Shown piece by piece: positions 37,339 to 50,623 of a stretch of DNA of 64,000 nucleotides. The notes beneath the pieces were generated by a model that searched no databases, was not told where the DNA came from, and was given only the letters and a program-made list of their open reading frames with translations. Origin of the DNA: Lentisphaeria bacterium. Lineage in GTDB: Bacteria; Verrucomicrobiota; Lentisphaeria; Victivallales; UBA1829. The DNA lies in contig JAGBXB010000054.1 of NCBI GenBank assembly GCA_017629515.1, positions 60-64,059 on the forward strand. Reading direction: 5' to 3'. Every line of letters starts with the position of its first letter. Position 1 is the first letter of the stretch. Position numbers and translations under genes: made by a program.

Positions 37339-40290
37339 ATGAAAAATACAATCAAAGTTGCTGCACTCCTTATTGCATTGATTTTTACAGAAACTTTTCT
37401 CCATGCCTTTGATGTAGTGAAAGAGGGGAAAGCAAAAAGTTATATCCTTCTTTCAGAAAACAGCACCAAAGCAGAGGAATTTGCCGCAGAAGAGTTTGCA
37501 AAATATGTAAAAAAGATGACCAAAGCGGATCTTGTCATATCAAAGAAACCTCTCAAAAGTCTTGCTCCGGTGAAATTCCGTCTGGCAGATTCCCCTGACA
37601 TCAGAAAAGATCCTGCTTACGGAAAATTGCCCCAGTTGGGCAATGTGGGTTATATCGTTTCCGCCAATACCGGAGCTCTTACCATTATCGCCCGTACAAA
37701 ACAGGGCATCCATCACGGCAATTATTTTCTTCTGAAAAAGTACGGAGAGATCTATTTTCTCCATCCGGATGAACCGGAGATCGTTCCGGAAAAAAGTTCT
37801 TTCATCATCCCGGATCAGGTAACAGTACGCAATCCTTATTTCACCGACATCCGTCCTGCGGGCAATGCTCCCTACTGCGTCCCCGCCCACAGAGTTTTGT
37901 GGCGTATGCGCAACGGTTCCACGGTCACAACCCGTCCTGCAATACAGAGAAAAGGCAGAAAAGATCTTGTTGATCTGGAAGAAAAACTGGGACACGCTTT
38001 TTCTGCCGGCGGTCATTGTTTCACCCCGCTTCTTGTCGGTTCCTGGTCTGTAAAGGAGATCAAAAAACTGCATAAGGAACATCCGGAATATTTCGGGTTG
38101 CGCAATGGCAAACGGATCTGGTCGGATCTCTCCCTTTCCAACAAAGAACAACTCTGCCAGCCCTGCCTTTCCAATCCGGAAGTAATGAAACGCATTGCAG
38201 ACAATCTGCATAAGGAACTCAATACCACCTACGGCGGTCAGCCCATCACCTACCGTATCTACAATGACGACCATACATTCTGGTGCGAATGTGAAAACTG
38301 TAAAAAGATGGATGACCCCAAAGCAGGGAAACTTGGCAAAAACTCCAACCGTTACTGGGCACTTGTCAATTATCTTGCCAAAGAACTTCTGCCGAAAAAC
38401 CCCAATCTTACCCTTCTTGCCATCGCCTATCAGGATTACCGCGATGTGCCGACAAAGGTGAAACCCGATCCCCGTGTCCCCATCCAGATCGCCCCTCACG
38501 GAGATTGCTACAACCACACTCTGGACGATCCCAAATGTCCCACCAATCCCCGTTACCGGAAAATGTTTGAAGATTGGAAAAAGACCGGAGCAAAACTCTA
38601 TGTCTTTGAATACCACAACCAATTGCCCGGAGAGTGCAGATACATTCCCATTGAACGCAAATGGGTGGAATTTCTCCGCTACTACCATAAAAACAACGTT
38701 CTTTCCGCCAATGCTGTGATCTGTGACGGGGAATCCCCTCATACGAACCTGCCCTACTATTCCACATACAATTACAAAAATTCCTGGTATGCAAGATGGC
38801 AGATGGCGTATATGACCGGTCACTTCGCCTGGGATCTGTATGATGATTACGAGAAAGTATGGGAGAAGATCAATTCCCTTTACTATGGAAAAGCATGGAA
38901 ATATATCCGTCCCTACCGTCTGCTTCTGGAAAAATCCCTGAAAGAAACAGGGGTCTGCTTCGGTTACGGGACAAGTGCCGTTTCCTCCATCGGGAAATGT
39001 TATGAGTATAAAACGGTCGCCAAAGACTCTTCCGCCCTTTTGAAAAAAGCCGTGGAAAGCGTGAAAAATGATCCGCTTTACCTCAAAAGAGTATTAAGGG
39101 AAAAGGAATATTTTGAAAAGAACTGGGCATCTGCCGGATATAGTTCCATAAAAAATTCCGGTACTATTTATAAAGTCAACCGTGCCAAGACCCCCATCAT
39201 CATTGACGGAAAGTTTGATGAAAAAGCATATCTTTCGGCAACGGAACTTCCCGAACTTTTCGTCAACACCAACCGGGGCAAAAGATTTACTCCGGATGCC
39301 AAAACGAAAGGAAAAATCCTTTTTGATCCCAAAAACATTTATTTTGCCATTGAATGCAGCAAATATCAGGGCAAAGTCAATGACAGGGCAAAGGCAGACG
39401 GTCTTAAAGCCCTTACCGGAAGCCATATTGAACTCCTGCTTATGAGTGAACACCTTGAAGGCAAATATTACCATATCGGGATCACTCATAACGGTCATAC
39501 ATACAGTGCCCTCACCACAGACGGTACAAAACGGGATCTGAACAGAAAACTTGATTTTGAATACAAACTGATTGATACGCCCGATAAATATTTTCTGGAG
39601 ATCCGTATTCCCGCCCATCTTCTGGGAGGGATCCGGGAAGGGGATTGCTGGAAGATCAATTTCATGCGTACTTCCGTAGATAAAAACGGCAGGATGCAGC
39701 ACGCCACAACTTCCAGAGATACCCACTTCCACGATATCCCCAATGCCCCTGTCTTCACATTCGGAGAAGGCGGAGCATTGCTTCTCAACGGGGATTTCAA
39801 AACCACAGTAAAGGCTGTTCCCCCGAAACCTCCGAAGAAAAAGCCCGGATATGTCTGGAAATTTGAATCGGAAAAAATGCCTGCCCACTGGAAATTCCTC
39901 CCCGGCAATCCGGGAACTGCCGCATTGAAAAAGGATCCTGACGGCAAATCTTTCCTTTACTTTGCCAGCGGAGCAAATAATTATCCCATGATCTGGCAGC
40001 CCCTGCGTAATACAGGGGATGAAGTCAAAGAGTATTTTCTCTCCTTTACCGCAAGGGGAAAAGGCTCTCTTTCTGCCACGATATATTATAATGCAAACCG
40101 CAAACAACTCCCCGCAAAGACTTTCAGACTGGGGAAAGAATGGAAAGATTATTCCTGCAATATAGATATTTCCACTACATTGGGTACAAAATCCCTTTTC
40201 CTGAAAATCAATAAAGGAGTTGCAGAGATCAAAGACATCAAACTTGTCCCGGTCATTCTTGCTGATAATCCCGACGCATTGAAACATTGA
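37339..40290 (+). CDS. Secreted DUF4838-like protein with a CBM9-like domain
   Basis: Signal peptide; GHCFT, HPEYFGL, QPCLSNP, WCECENC, IIDGKFDE; paralog of the gene at 11382. Confidence 0.75.
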   Translation: MKNTIKVAALLIALIFTETFLHAFDVVKEGKAKSYILLSENSTKAEEFAAEEFAKYVKKMTKADLVISKKPLKSLAPVKFRLADSPDIRKDPAYGKLPQLGNVGYIVSANTGALTIIARTKQGIHHGNYFLLKKYGEIYFLHPDEPEIVPEKSSFIIPDQVTVRNPYFTDIRPAGNAPYCVPAHRVLWRMRNGSTVTTRPAIQRKGRKDLVDLEEKLGHAFSAGGHCFTPLLVGSWSVKEIKKLHKEHPEYFGLRNGKRIWSDLSLSNKEQLCQPCLSNPEVMKRIADNLHKELNTTYGGQPITYRIYNDDHTFWCECENCKKMDDPKAGKLGKNSNRYWALVNYLAKELLPKNPNLTLLAIAYQDYRDVPTKVKPDPRVPIQIAPHGDCYNHTLDDPKCPTNPRYRKMFEDWKKTGAKLYVFEYHNQLPGECRYIPIERKWVEFLRYYHKNNVLSANAVICDGESPHTNLPYYSTYNYKNSWYARWQMAYMTGHFAWDLYDDYEKVWEKINSLYYGKAWKYIRPYRLLLEKSLKETGVCFGYGTSAVSSIGKCYEYKTVAKDSSALLKKAVESVKNDPLYLKRVLREKEYFEKNWASAGYSSIKNSGTIYKVNRAKTPIIIDGKFDEKAYLSATELPELFVNTNRGKRFTPDAKTKGKILFDPKNIYFAIECSKYQGKVNDRAKADGLKALTGSHIELLLMSEHLEGKYYHIGITHNGHTYSALTTDGTKRDLNRKLDFEYKLIDTPDKYFLEIRIPAHLLGGIREGDCWKINFMRTSVDKNGRMQHATTSRDTHFHDIPNAPVFTFGEGGALLLNGDFKTTVKAVPPKPPKKKPGYVWKFESEKMPAHWKFLPGNPGTAALKKDPDGKSFLYFASGANNYPMIWQPLRNTGDEVKEYFLSFTARGKGSLSATIYYNANRKQLPAKTFRLGKEWKDYSCNIDISTTLGTKSLFLKINKGVAEIKDIKLVPVILADNPDALKH

Positions 40291-40304
40291 GATATTTTTT
40301 CTGT

Positions 40305-40353
40305 AAAGGGAAAGACTTTTCCTGTCAAAAGGAATCAGTCTTTCCCTTTTTTT
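40305..40353 (+). terminator. Rho-independent terminator
   Basis: AAAGGGAAAGACT...AGTCTTTCCCTTT followed by a T run. Confidence 0.7.
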
Positions 40354-40517
40354 CTCCCGGAAAAGGGGATCAAAAAACTGTATTCCAAGCCCGTAAAGGA
40401 CAGAGAAGGAATCTCTTTTTGAAAAATTATGGGATAGAGGTGAAAAAAAAAGATTTTTTTTGATTTTATATTTGAAATTTTAAAAAGTTGTGTCATATTA
40501 TAGTATCTTAATGATTT

Positions 40518-40592
40518 GCCGGCATAGCTCAGTGGTAGAGCTACGGTTTTGTAAACCGTCGGTCGTTGGTTCGAATCCGACTGCCGGCTCCA
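40518..40592 (+). tRNA. tRNA-Thr(TGT)
   Basis: Cloverleaf GCCGGCA/TGCCGGC, anticodon loop TTTGTAA, GTTCGAATC, encoded CCA. Confidence 0.95.
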
Positions 40593-40741
40593 TTTTTTTC
40601 TTTTCCTTTATTTTTCTGAACAGTTTTTTTGTATCGTTACGGCATATTATCCCTGCTTTTCCGGAAAATGTGTTGCATTTTTCCATTGGCGGCAGTATAG
40701 TAATGACAGAATTTTTTCATACACAAAACCGGAAACAGGCG

Positions 40742-45147
<4,406 letters not shown>

Positions 45148-45216
45148 TCCATTCCGGGAAAAAGATCAAGGGGGCGGGGACGCAGGCTCTCAACTCTGTA
45201 TTTCTCGCATATAAAC

Positions 45217-45870
45217 AAGCCCTGAATGGACGGCAGAACGAAAAAACACTGCCCCCCTCTTTCTGTCGCTCTTTCAGAGATTGTTTTTTTATTTTGTACT
45301 CCTACCCGGGGGTACGGTCCCTTACAGGTCCCTACCCGCCGGGCTATGTTCCTGCGGGGCTTTCAGCCCCTCCTGCCCTTTCAGGGCTGGTTTTGATATT
45401 TATTTTTTAATCCATACAATGAACCGGCAATAACCAATTTTGCAAAAATCTGCCTGAATCATTTTCCTGAACAACTAAATATACACTCCTCAAATATAAA
45501 GAAAAATAACGGGGTATTACAAAATGATAAGATAATTGTGATTTTTATTCACAGGTATCCCATAATTTTAGAAAAACACATTTTTCTCCAATATTTGAAC
45601 AGAGGATTTTCTGGTTTAAAAAAGTGATTTTGTCAGATTTCAATATTTGAGTCGGAGTAAAAGGATCAAAAAAGAATTTTATTCCACGGCGAAGCAAAAC
45701 AGCCCTGAAAGGGCAAAGGCTCTGTAAGAGCCGTAAGCAAACAGCCCGGTGGTAAGTCCTCTGAAGGAGGACGCAGCCCCGGGGTAAAATCCCGAAAAAA
45801 AATCAAGCTCTGAAAGAGCGGCAGAATATATCAGACACACTTTTTCCTTTCTGTCGCCCCTTTGGGGCTT
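45217..45870. repeat. Inverted pair of ~130-bp palindromic REP/MITE-like units
   Basis: 45261-45389 resembles the reverse complement of 45700-45826 (TTCTGYCGCTCTTTCAGAG ... GCCCTTTCAGGGCTG); extra partial units at 45217 and 45849. Confidence 0.7.
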
Positions 45871-46088
45871 TGTAAGGCTTTAAAATTTGATTTATAGTCT
45901 GATCAGTTGTGACAGCCTTACAGGAAACAATAAACTTCCAACTTGACATAAAAAAGTTTTCACAGGATATTTGTGATTCATTTCAGTAAATTTACTTTTT
46001 ATGGGATCGTTGTGATTTTTATTAGATAATTGCGTTATTTTTTTATTATCTGCTTGCATTTATCGTTTTGAAGCAGTAACTTATTTAT

Positions 46089-46325
46089 GCTGCCAATTGT
46101 GGCAGTGGCTAATTGACAACTGTTCATATTTTACGGCAAATACGTCCAAAACCGACCAAAATAAAACGTTTTTTGTCTTCTACACCCACAGGTGAATTGT
46201 GTCCAGCGGGATTGTGCCTTGATTTTTGCACAGTCTTGCCGGATGTTCCTTTTTGCATTGGGTGTAGTGGGCTCTTGGTCGGGCCTTGGACGTAGTGCAA
46301 ATCTGGAATATCCGGCTTTTTTTTT
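46089..46325 (+). ncRNA. Putative structured RNA leader/attenuator or sRNA
   Basis: Upstream TTGCAT-N17-TAACTT; nested long-range stems with G-U pairs on the + strand; terminal hairpin plus T9. Confidence 0.6.
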
Positions 46326-46430
46326 GCCTTGAGTATTCTATGATCTTGCGTTATTCACTGAAGACCTGTTTGTCCTTTGAATTTTCTTGCTGTTGATTAT
46401 TGAACGGTAAAAAGAGAAAGGATTAAAAAA

Positions 46431-46967
46431 ATGCACATCTTCGCAAACTTGATTGGAACGCAGGCACTTGCCATCATGGAAAAACAAATTAACTATGACG
46501 GTCCCTGCTATGTACGTCTTGTAGGCCGCAAATCCGGGGTTGTTGATTGGATTTTGACAATCTTCAAGGTTAATACAACAACAGTTCTGGAAGTTTATGC
46601 GGACAGAATAGAATATTCTTATGGTTCTTTATCCGGCTCTGTTTTAGAAGTAATTCCTCTTTCAAAAGTAAGTAATTTACTTTGTGGTTATTTCAAACCC
46701 GTTATTTTGTTAGTTATCGCTGCTATTTTTGTCCTTCTTGCGTTGCCAACATTCGGTACATCTCTTATTCCTGCTGTTCTTTGCCTCATTTATTATTTTC
46801 TCAAAAAATCTGTATTGATTTCTGTCATTCCCAACAGTGCAAGCGGCTGCGCCGTGGCATTCAAACGTTCCATTATTGAAAATCAAGACATTACCGAAAA
46901 AGAAGGAGAAGAAATCATCAAAGTGATAACACAATTGGTTGAAAATGCCAATAAAAAGAACTACTGA
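46431..46967 (+). CDS. Hypothetical membrane protein
   Basis: RBS AAAGGA; two adjacent TM-like segments; no family recognised. Confidence 0.7.
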   Translation: MHIFANLIGTQALAIMEKQINYDGPCYVRLVGRKSGVVDWILTIFKVNTTTVLEVYADRIEYSYGSLSGSVLEVIPLSKVSNLLCGYFKPVILLVIAAIFVLLALPTFGTSLIPAVLCLIYYFLKKSVLISVIPNSASGCAVAFKRSIIENQDITEKEGEEIIKVITQLVENANKKNY

Positions 46968-47035
46968 AAAAGGTTTTATAAAATCAGGGGAGCGGGCAAA
47001 AGTAAATATTTTGCATCAGCCCCCCCTTATTTCTG

Positions 47036-50000
47036 TTATGCCATGGGAACAATTATCACCTTTCCGCAACGCAATGCAAGAATTTTACATTCCACTTTTT
47101 CCAGCGGGATCTTCAATAAACTTGACGCCGCTCTTCTGTAAATATTCAACTGCGGGGAATATCTTTCCAGAAAGATTTTTTCCTCTTCCTCCCGGTCACT
47201 TTTATAGTCGATGACCGTTGCACTTATGCAAATACCCTCTTCATCATATTCCGCAACAAGACGGTCAAAAATCCCGGAAATATAATTGCCCGCCTCCTTA
47301 TCCGGAAGCAGAAAGGAGCGTTCTTTCCGCAAAGAAGCAGAAAAACTGCCCGGATGTTTCAAAGCGTTCCGTATGGCGGAACTTTCCCAGGCATATGCCA
47401 GAAGTTTCCCCTCTTCTGTTGCCAGCAGTTCTTTTCCGAAAGTCTTTTGCAAATATTCTTCCGGAGGAGAATTATCATAAAAATTGATCTTGCAGAAGAG
47501 TTCATGCACCTTTGTCCCAAGATCTGCTGCTGTACCAGAAAGAGAAAATCTTTTTGTTTGTGTGATCTTTGTAAAAATATCCGTATGTTGAGAAGGTTTG
47601 GGCGCATTGGATAATCTCTCCTTTTCAGGGAAATGAATAAGACTCAAACTGCTTGCGGAAGAAACTTTTTCACAACTTTGCGCATATTTTGCAAGGCATT
47701 TTCCGGTAAGGAGATTATTGCGTTCCACAAGTTCATTTTTTTTCTGCTCATTTTCTTTTTCAGAACGCTTTTTCTCTTCAAAAAGGCGTCTTTCCTCTAT
47801 TTCCCAGTTTTCATTCCCTCTTTCCCATAAGGAAACCATATCTGCATCAATATTCCTTACGGGCAATTGTTTACTTTCAAATATGCTTGCGCAAAGAGTT
47901 GCCATATTGATACTTTTACTGCTTTCGGTTTTTTCCTCGCCGAAAAGATACAAAGAGTGTTTCGCCCGGGTCATCCCCACATAGAGCATACAGCAGCTTT
48001 CATAGGCGCCTGCATCTTTTAATTTCGTTGCAAACTCATCCAGAACAGGTACACTTTTCAAATACTGTTTTGCCGGAAATGCCGTAAGGAAACGGGGGGA
48101 AAAATCTTCCGGATCTTTATTGAGGAATATTCCCTCATGCAATTTTATCCCAGCCATACTGTCCCCATTGATATCCGGCATGATCACGATATCAAAGGCA
48201 AGCCCTTTGGATTTATGATAGGTCATACACTGTACAGTATTGCGTAAGGAGATCTCATTGCCAGCCTCCTCATAGGCAAGGAGAAGGAATGTATCTATAT
48301 CCGTCATCCCCTGCTTGTCATATTTCCCTGCAGCCTCCGCAAGGCTTCTTAATCTTCGTTCATCGAAAGAAGTCAAGTTCTGCCGGAATGCCTCCATAAA
48401 GGAGCGGAAAAAGAGTTCAAAGCCCCCGTTGGCAAGATCGGAACGCACTCCATTATACAATGCCTCCGCTCCGGAAAGATCGGCAGGACACATATATCCC
48501 ATTTTCTCTGCCAGAACTTTCTCATCCACTTTTTCCTCTCCCAGTTCCAGCATTTCAAACATTTTTCCAACAAAAATATCTCCGGGATGTGCCGTTCCCA
48601 GAAGCACATAATAGGCAAGCACACAGAAAAGACTGTCTCTCACAGATAAACGGCTGTCCAGAGAAACCGGAAGATTGACCTTTTTCCCGGCAAGAAGATC
48701 CTGTATGGTAAATTGCCGGATATATTCGGCAAATTCCCCTGCCGCCGAGTTTGTCCGGAAAAGCACCCCTGTACTGAAAGGACATTTTTCATTGAATGGA
48801 TCCAGTTTGACCAACAGATCATATACTTTCCGGTACTTTCTTTCTCTGGCACTTTTTGTTTCCCCCCGACTGACGGCGGGAAGTTGATAATAACAACTGT
48901 ACCCTTTCTGTTTTGCGGCGGAATCGGAGGAAATATGTTTTTCATACTGCATTTTTTTCATTGCAGAATACAAAATCATTTTATCCTCCGCCTTTTTGAT
49001 ACCGACTATGGCATCCGGATTCATGAAAACCGTATTGACCATATCCAGCACCTCATTGCAGGAACGGTAGGATCTGATAAGCGTACTTTTTCTTATCCCC
49101 CGCTGACCATAAATACTTTCCGGAAATTTTTCCAGGATCATATTGAACAATCCCGGATTACCATTACGCCACTGGTAAATGGACTGCTTGATATCCCCCA
49201 CGTAGAAAAAGGATCTCCCTCCATCCGGATCGGTGATCGCCTCTTCCGCAAGGCGGGAAATGGCGTTCCACTGGTTGTCGCTGGTATCCTGAAATTCGTC
49301 GATAAGGTAATGATCGGTCTTTTCATCCATCCGTTCCTCTATCCCTGCCCGGTCGGAAAAGGGAAGAGCCAGTCCGCTTTCTCTGCTGTCGGAGGAGGGC
49401 CTCAATAAATAGGGGATATCGGAAAAGGTGATCTTGCCGGAACTGCGTACAAGAAGAGCATATTTTCTGTTGAAAAGATCCAGAAGTTTCCAGAGAGCCT
49501 CATTGCGTCTTACAAGACTTTTTATATTGCAGTAAAGGATATGCCGCATAAGAATAACAGTATTCTGATAAAAATCCCCCTGCAGAAGATACTCTTTCCG
49601 GTTGTAGGGAAGAAGCAGATCGCTTCTCCCCTCTTCCGTTACCGGAAACGCAGGAAGTGCAGAGGTGAATTTTTCCCATATACGGAGAGTATTTTCCTCT
49701 GCTTTGGGGTTATCCTCCGCTTTCAGGGCATCGGCGAGAATGGAGGAAAAATTGTTATATAGTCTTTTTGTATCAGTATTCTCTCTGTACGGGGAAAGGA
49801 AGTCATTCAGTTCGTCTATATAAGTTTCAGCGATTTTCTCCAATTTTTTCTTACTTGCAAAATAACTTTCCGGAACAAGATGCCGTAACTCTTCCGAACA
49901 CCAGAAGCAATAATCCGGACAGGCAAGAAAACAGTCATACAGAGAAAAAACAAGTTCTTTTACCGTCCCGTAAAGATATTTATTATTTTCCCCGAAGGAA

Positions 50001-50623
50001 ATTTCTTTGATGAGTTCCATGATCTCCCTGCGGTCTTCCTGCCCCAGTTCTTTCAAAAGTTCCAGAAGAGTATTGACCCGGTTTCCGGTATCACTTTCCT
50101 CCATGATGGATAACTGCCCGTAAATACCGCATTCCAGAGGAAAGGCACGGATGATATTGACAAAGAAACTGTCCAGGGTACTGATCTGCAATTTTTCTTT
50201 GCTTTTCAATAATCTTCCCAATATACCGCAGGCGCGTTTTGAATCAAAATTGCCGTTATGGAAAAGTGGGAAGTTTTCAGCAAACTTCTTTGCCTTTTCT
50301 TCCGATGAAGCCAGTTGGATCAATTCTTCTGCGATCTTGTCATAGATCTCGCCTGCCGCCTTTTTGGTAAAGGTGGAGGCAAGGATCCTGCCCGGATTCA
50401 CTCCGGCATGGAGCAGGGCTATATACCGCATGGCAAGGGAAAAAGTCTTTCCCGTTCCGGCAGAAGCCATGATAGCTTCATTTCCGGGAAGCATATTTCT
50501 GCATTCGGGAAATTCCTGTTCAAAAAGATCAGAACAGTCTCTTCCGGCTTCTTCCGGATATTTTTCTGAAGAGTTTTTTTCCATTGTCTCTTCAAAAAAG
50601 TATTCTTCTTCTCTGTCCATCAC
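47036..50623 (-). CDS. addA: AddA/RecB-like UvrD helicase-nuclease
   Basis: ASAGTGKT, IDEFQDT, VGDIKQSIYQWR, YHKSKGL, C-terminal GIFDR/IDYKS/QLNIY. Confidence 0.88.
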   Translation of the reverse strand: MMDREEEYFFEETMEKNSSEKYPEEAGRDCSDLFEQEFPECRNMLPGNEAIMASAGTGKTFSLAMRYIALLHAGVNPGRILASTFTKKAAGEIYDKIAEELIQLASSEEKAKKFAENFPLFHNGNFDSKRACGILGRLLKSKEKLQISTLDSFFVNIIRAFPLECGIYGQLSIMEESDTGNRVNTLLELLKELGQEDRREIMELIKEISFGENNKYLYGTVKELVFSLYDCFLACPDYCFWCSEELRHLVPESYFASKKKLEKIAETYIDELNDFLSPYRENTDTKRLYNNFSSILADALKAEDNPKAEENTLRIWEKFTSALPAFPVTEEGRSDLLLPYNRKEYLLQGDFYQNTVILMRHILYCNIKSLVRRNEALWKLLDLFNRKYALLVRSSGKITFSDIPYLLRPSSDSRESGLALPFSDRAGIEERMDEKTDHYLIDEFQDTSDNQWNAISRLAEEAITDPDGGRSFFYVGDIKQSIYQWRNGNPGLFNMILEKFPESIYGQRGIRKSTLIRSYRSCNEVLDMVNTVFMNPDAIVGIKKAEDKMILYSAMKKMQYEKHISSDSAAKQKGYSCYYQLPAVSRGETKSARERKYRKVYDLLVKLDPFNEKCPFSTGVLFRTNSAAGEFAEYIRQFTIQDLLAGKKVNLPVSLDSRLSVRDSLFCVLAYYVLLGTAHPGDIFVGKMFEMLELGEEKVDEKVLAEKMGYMCPADLSGAEALYNGVRSDLANGGFELFFRSFMEAFRQNLTSFDERRLRSLAEAAGKYDKQGMTDIDTFLLLAYEEAGNEISLRNTVQCMTYHKSKGLAFDIVIMPDINGDSMAGIKLHEGIFLNKDPEDFSPRFLTAFPAKQYLKSVPVLDEFATKLKDAGAYESCCMLYVGMTRAKHSLYLFGEEKTESSKSINMATLCASIFESKQLPVRNIDADMVSLWERGNENWEIEERRLFEEKKRSEKENEQKKNELVERNNLLTGKCLAKYAQSCEKVSSASSLSLIHFPEKERLSNAPKPSQHTDIFTKITQTKRFSLSGTAADLGTKVHELFCKINFYDNSPPEEYLQKTFGKELLATEEGKLLAYAWESSAIRNALKHPGSFSASLRKERSFLLPDKEAGNYISGIFDRLVAEYDEEGICISATVIDYKSDREEEEKIFLERYSPQLNIYRRAASSLLKIPLEKVECKILALRCGKVIIVPMA

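Noticed and set aside
40490-40741. Long N-terminal extension of the acyltransferase ORF
   Set aside because: It overlaps tRNA-Thr; the true start is more likely ATG 40742.
46113-46295. 60-aa ORF inside the structured leader
   Set aside because: TTG start with no RBS; better explained by RNA structure, though a leader peptide is not excluded.
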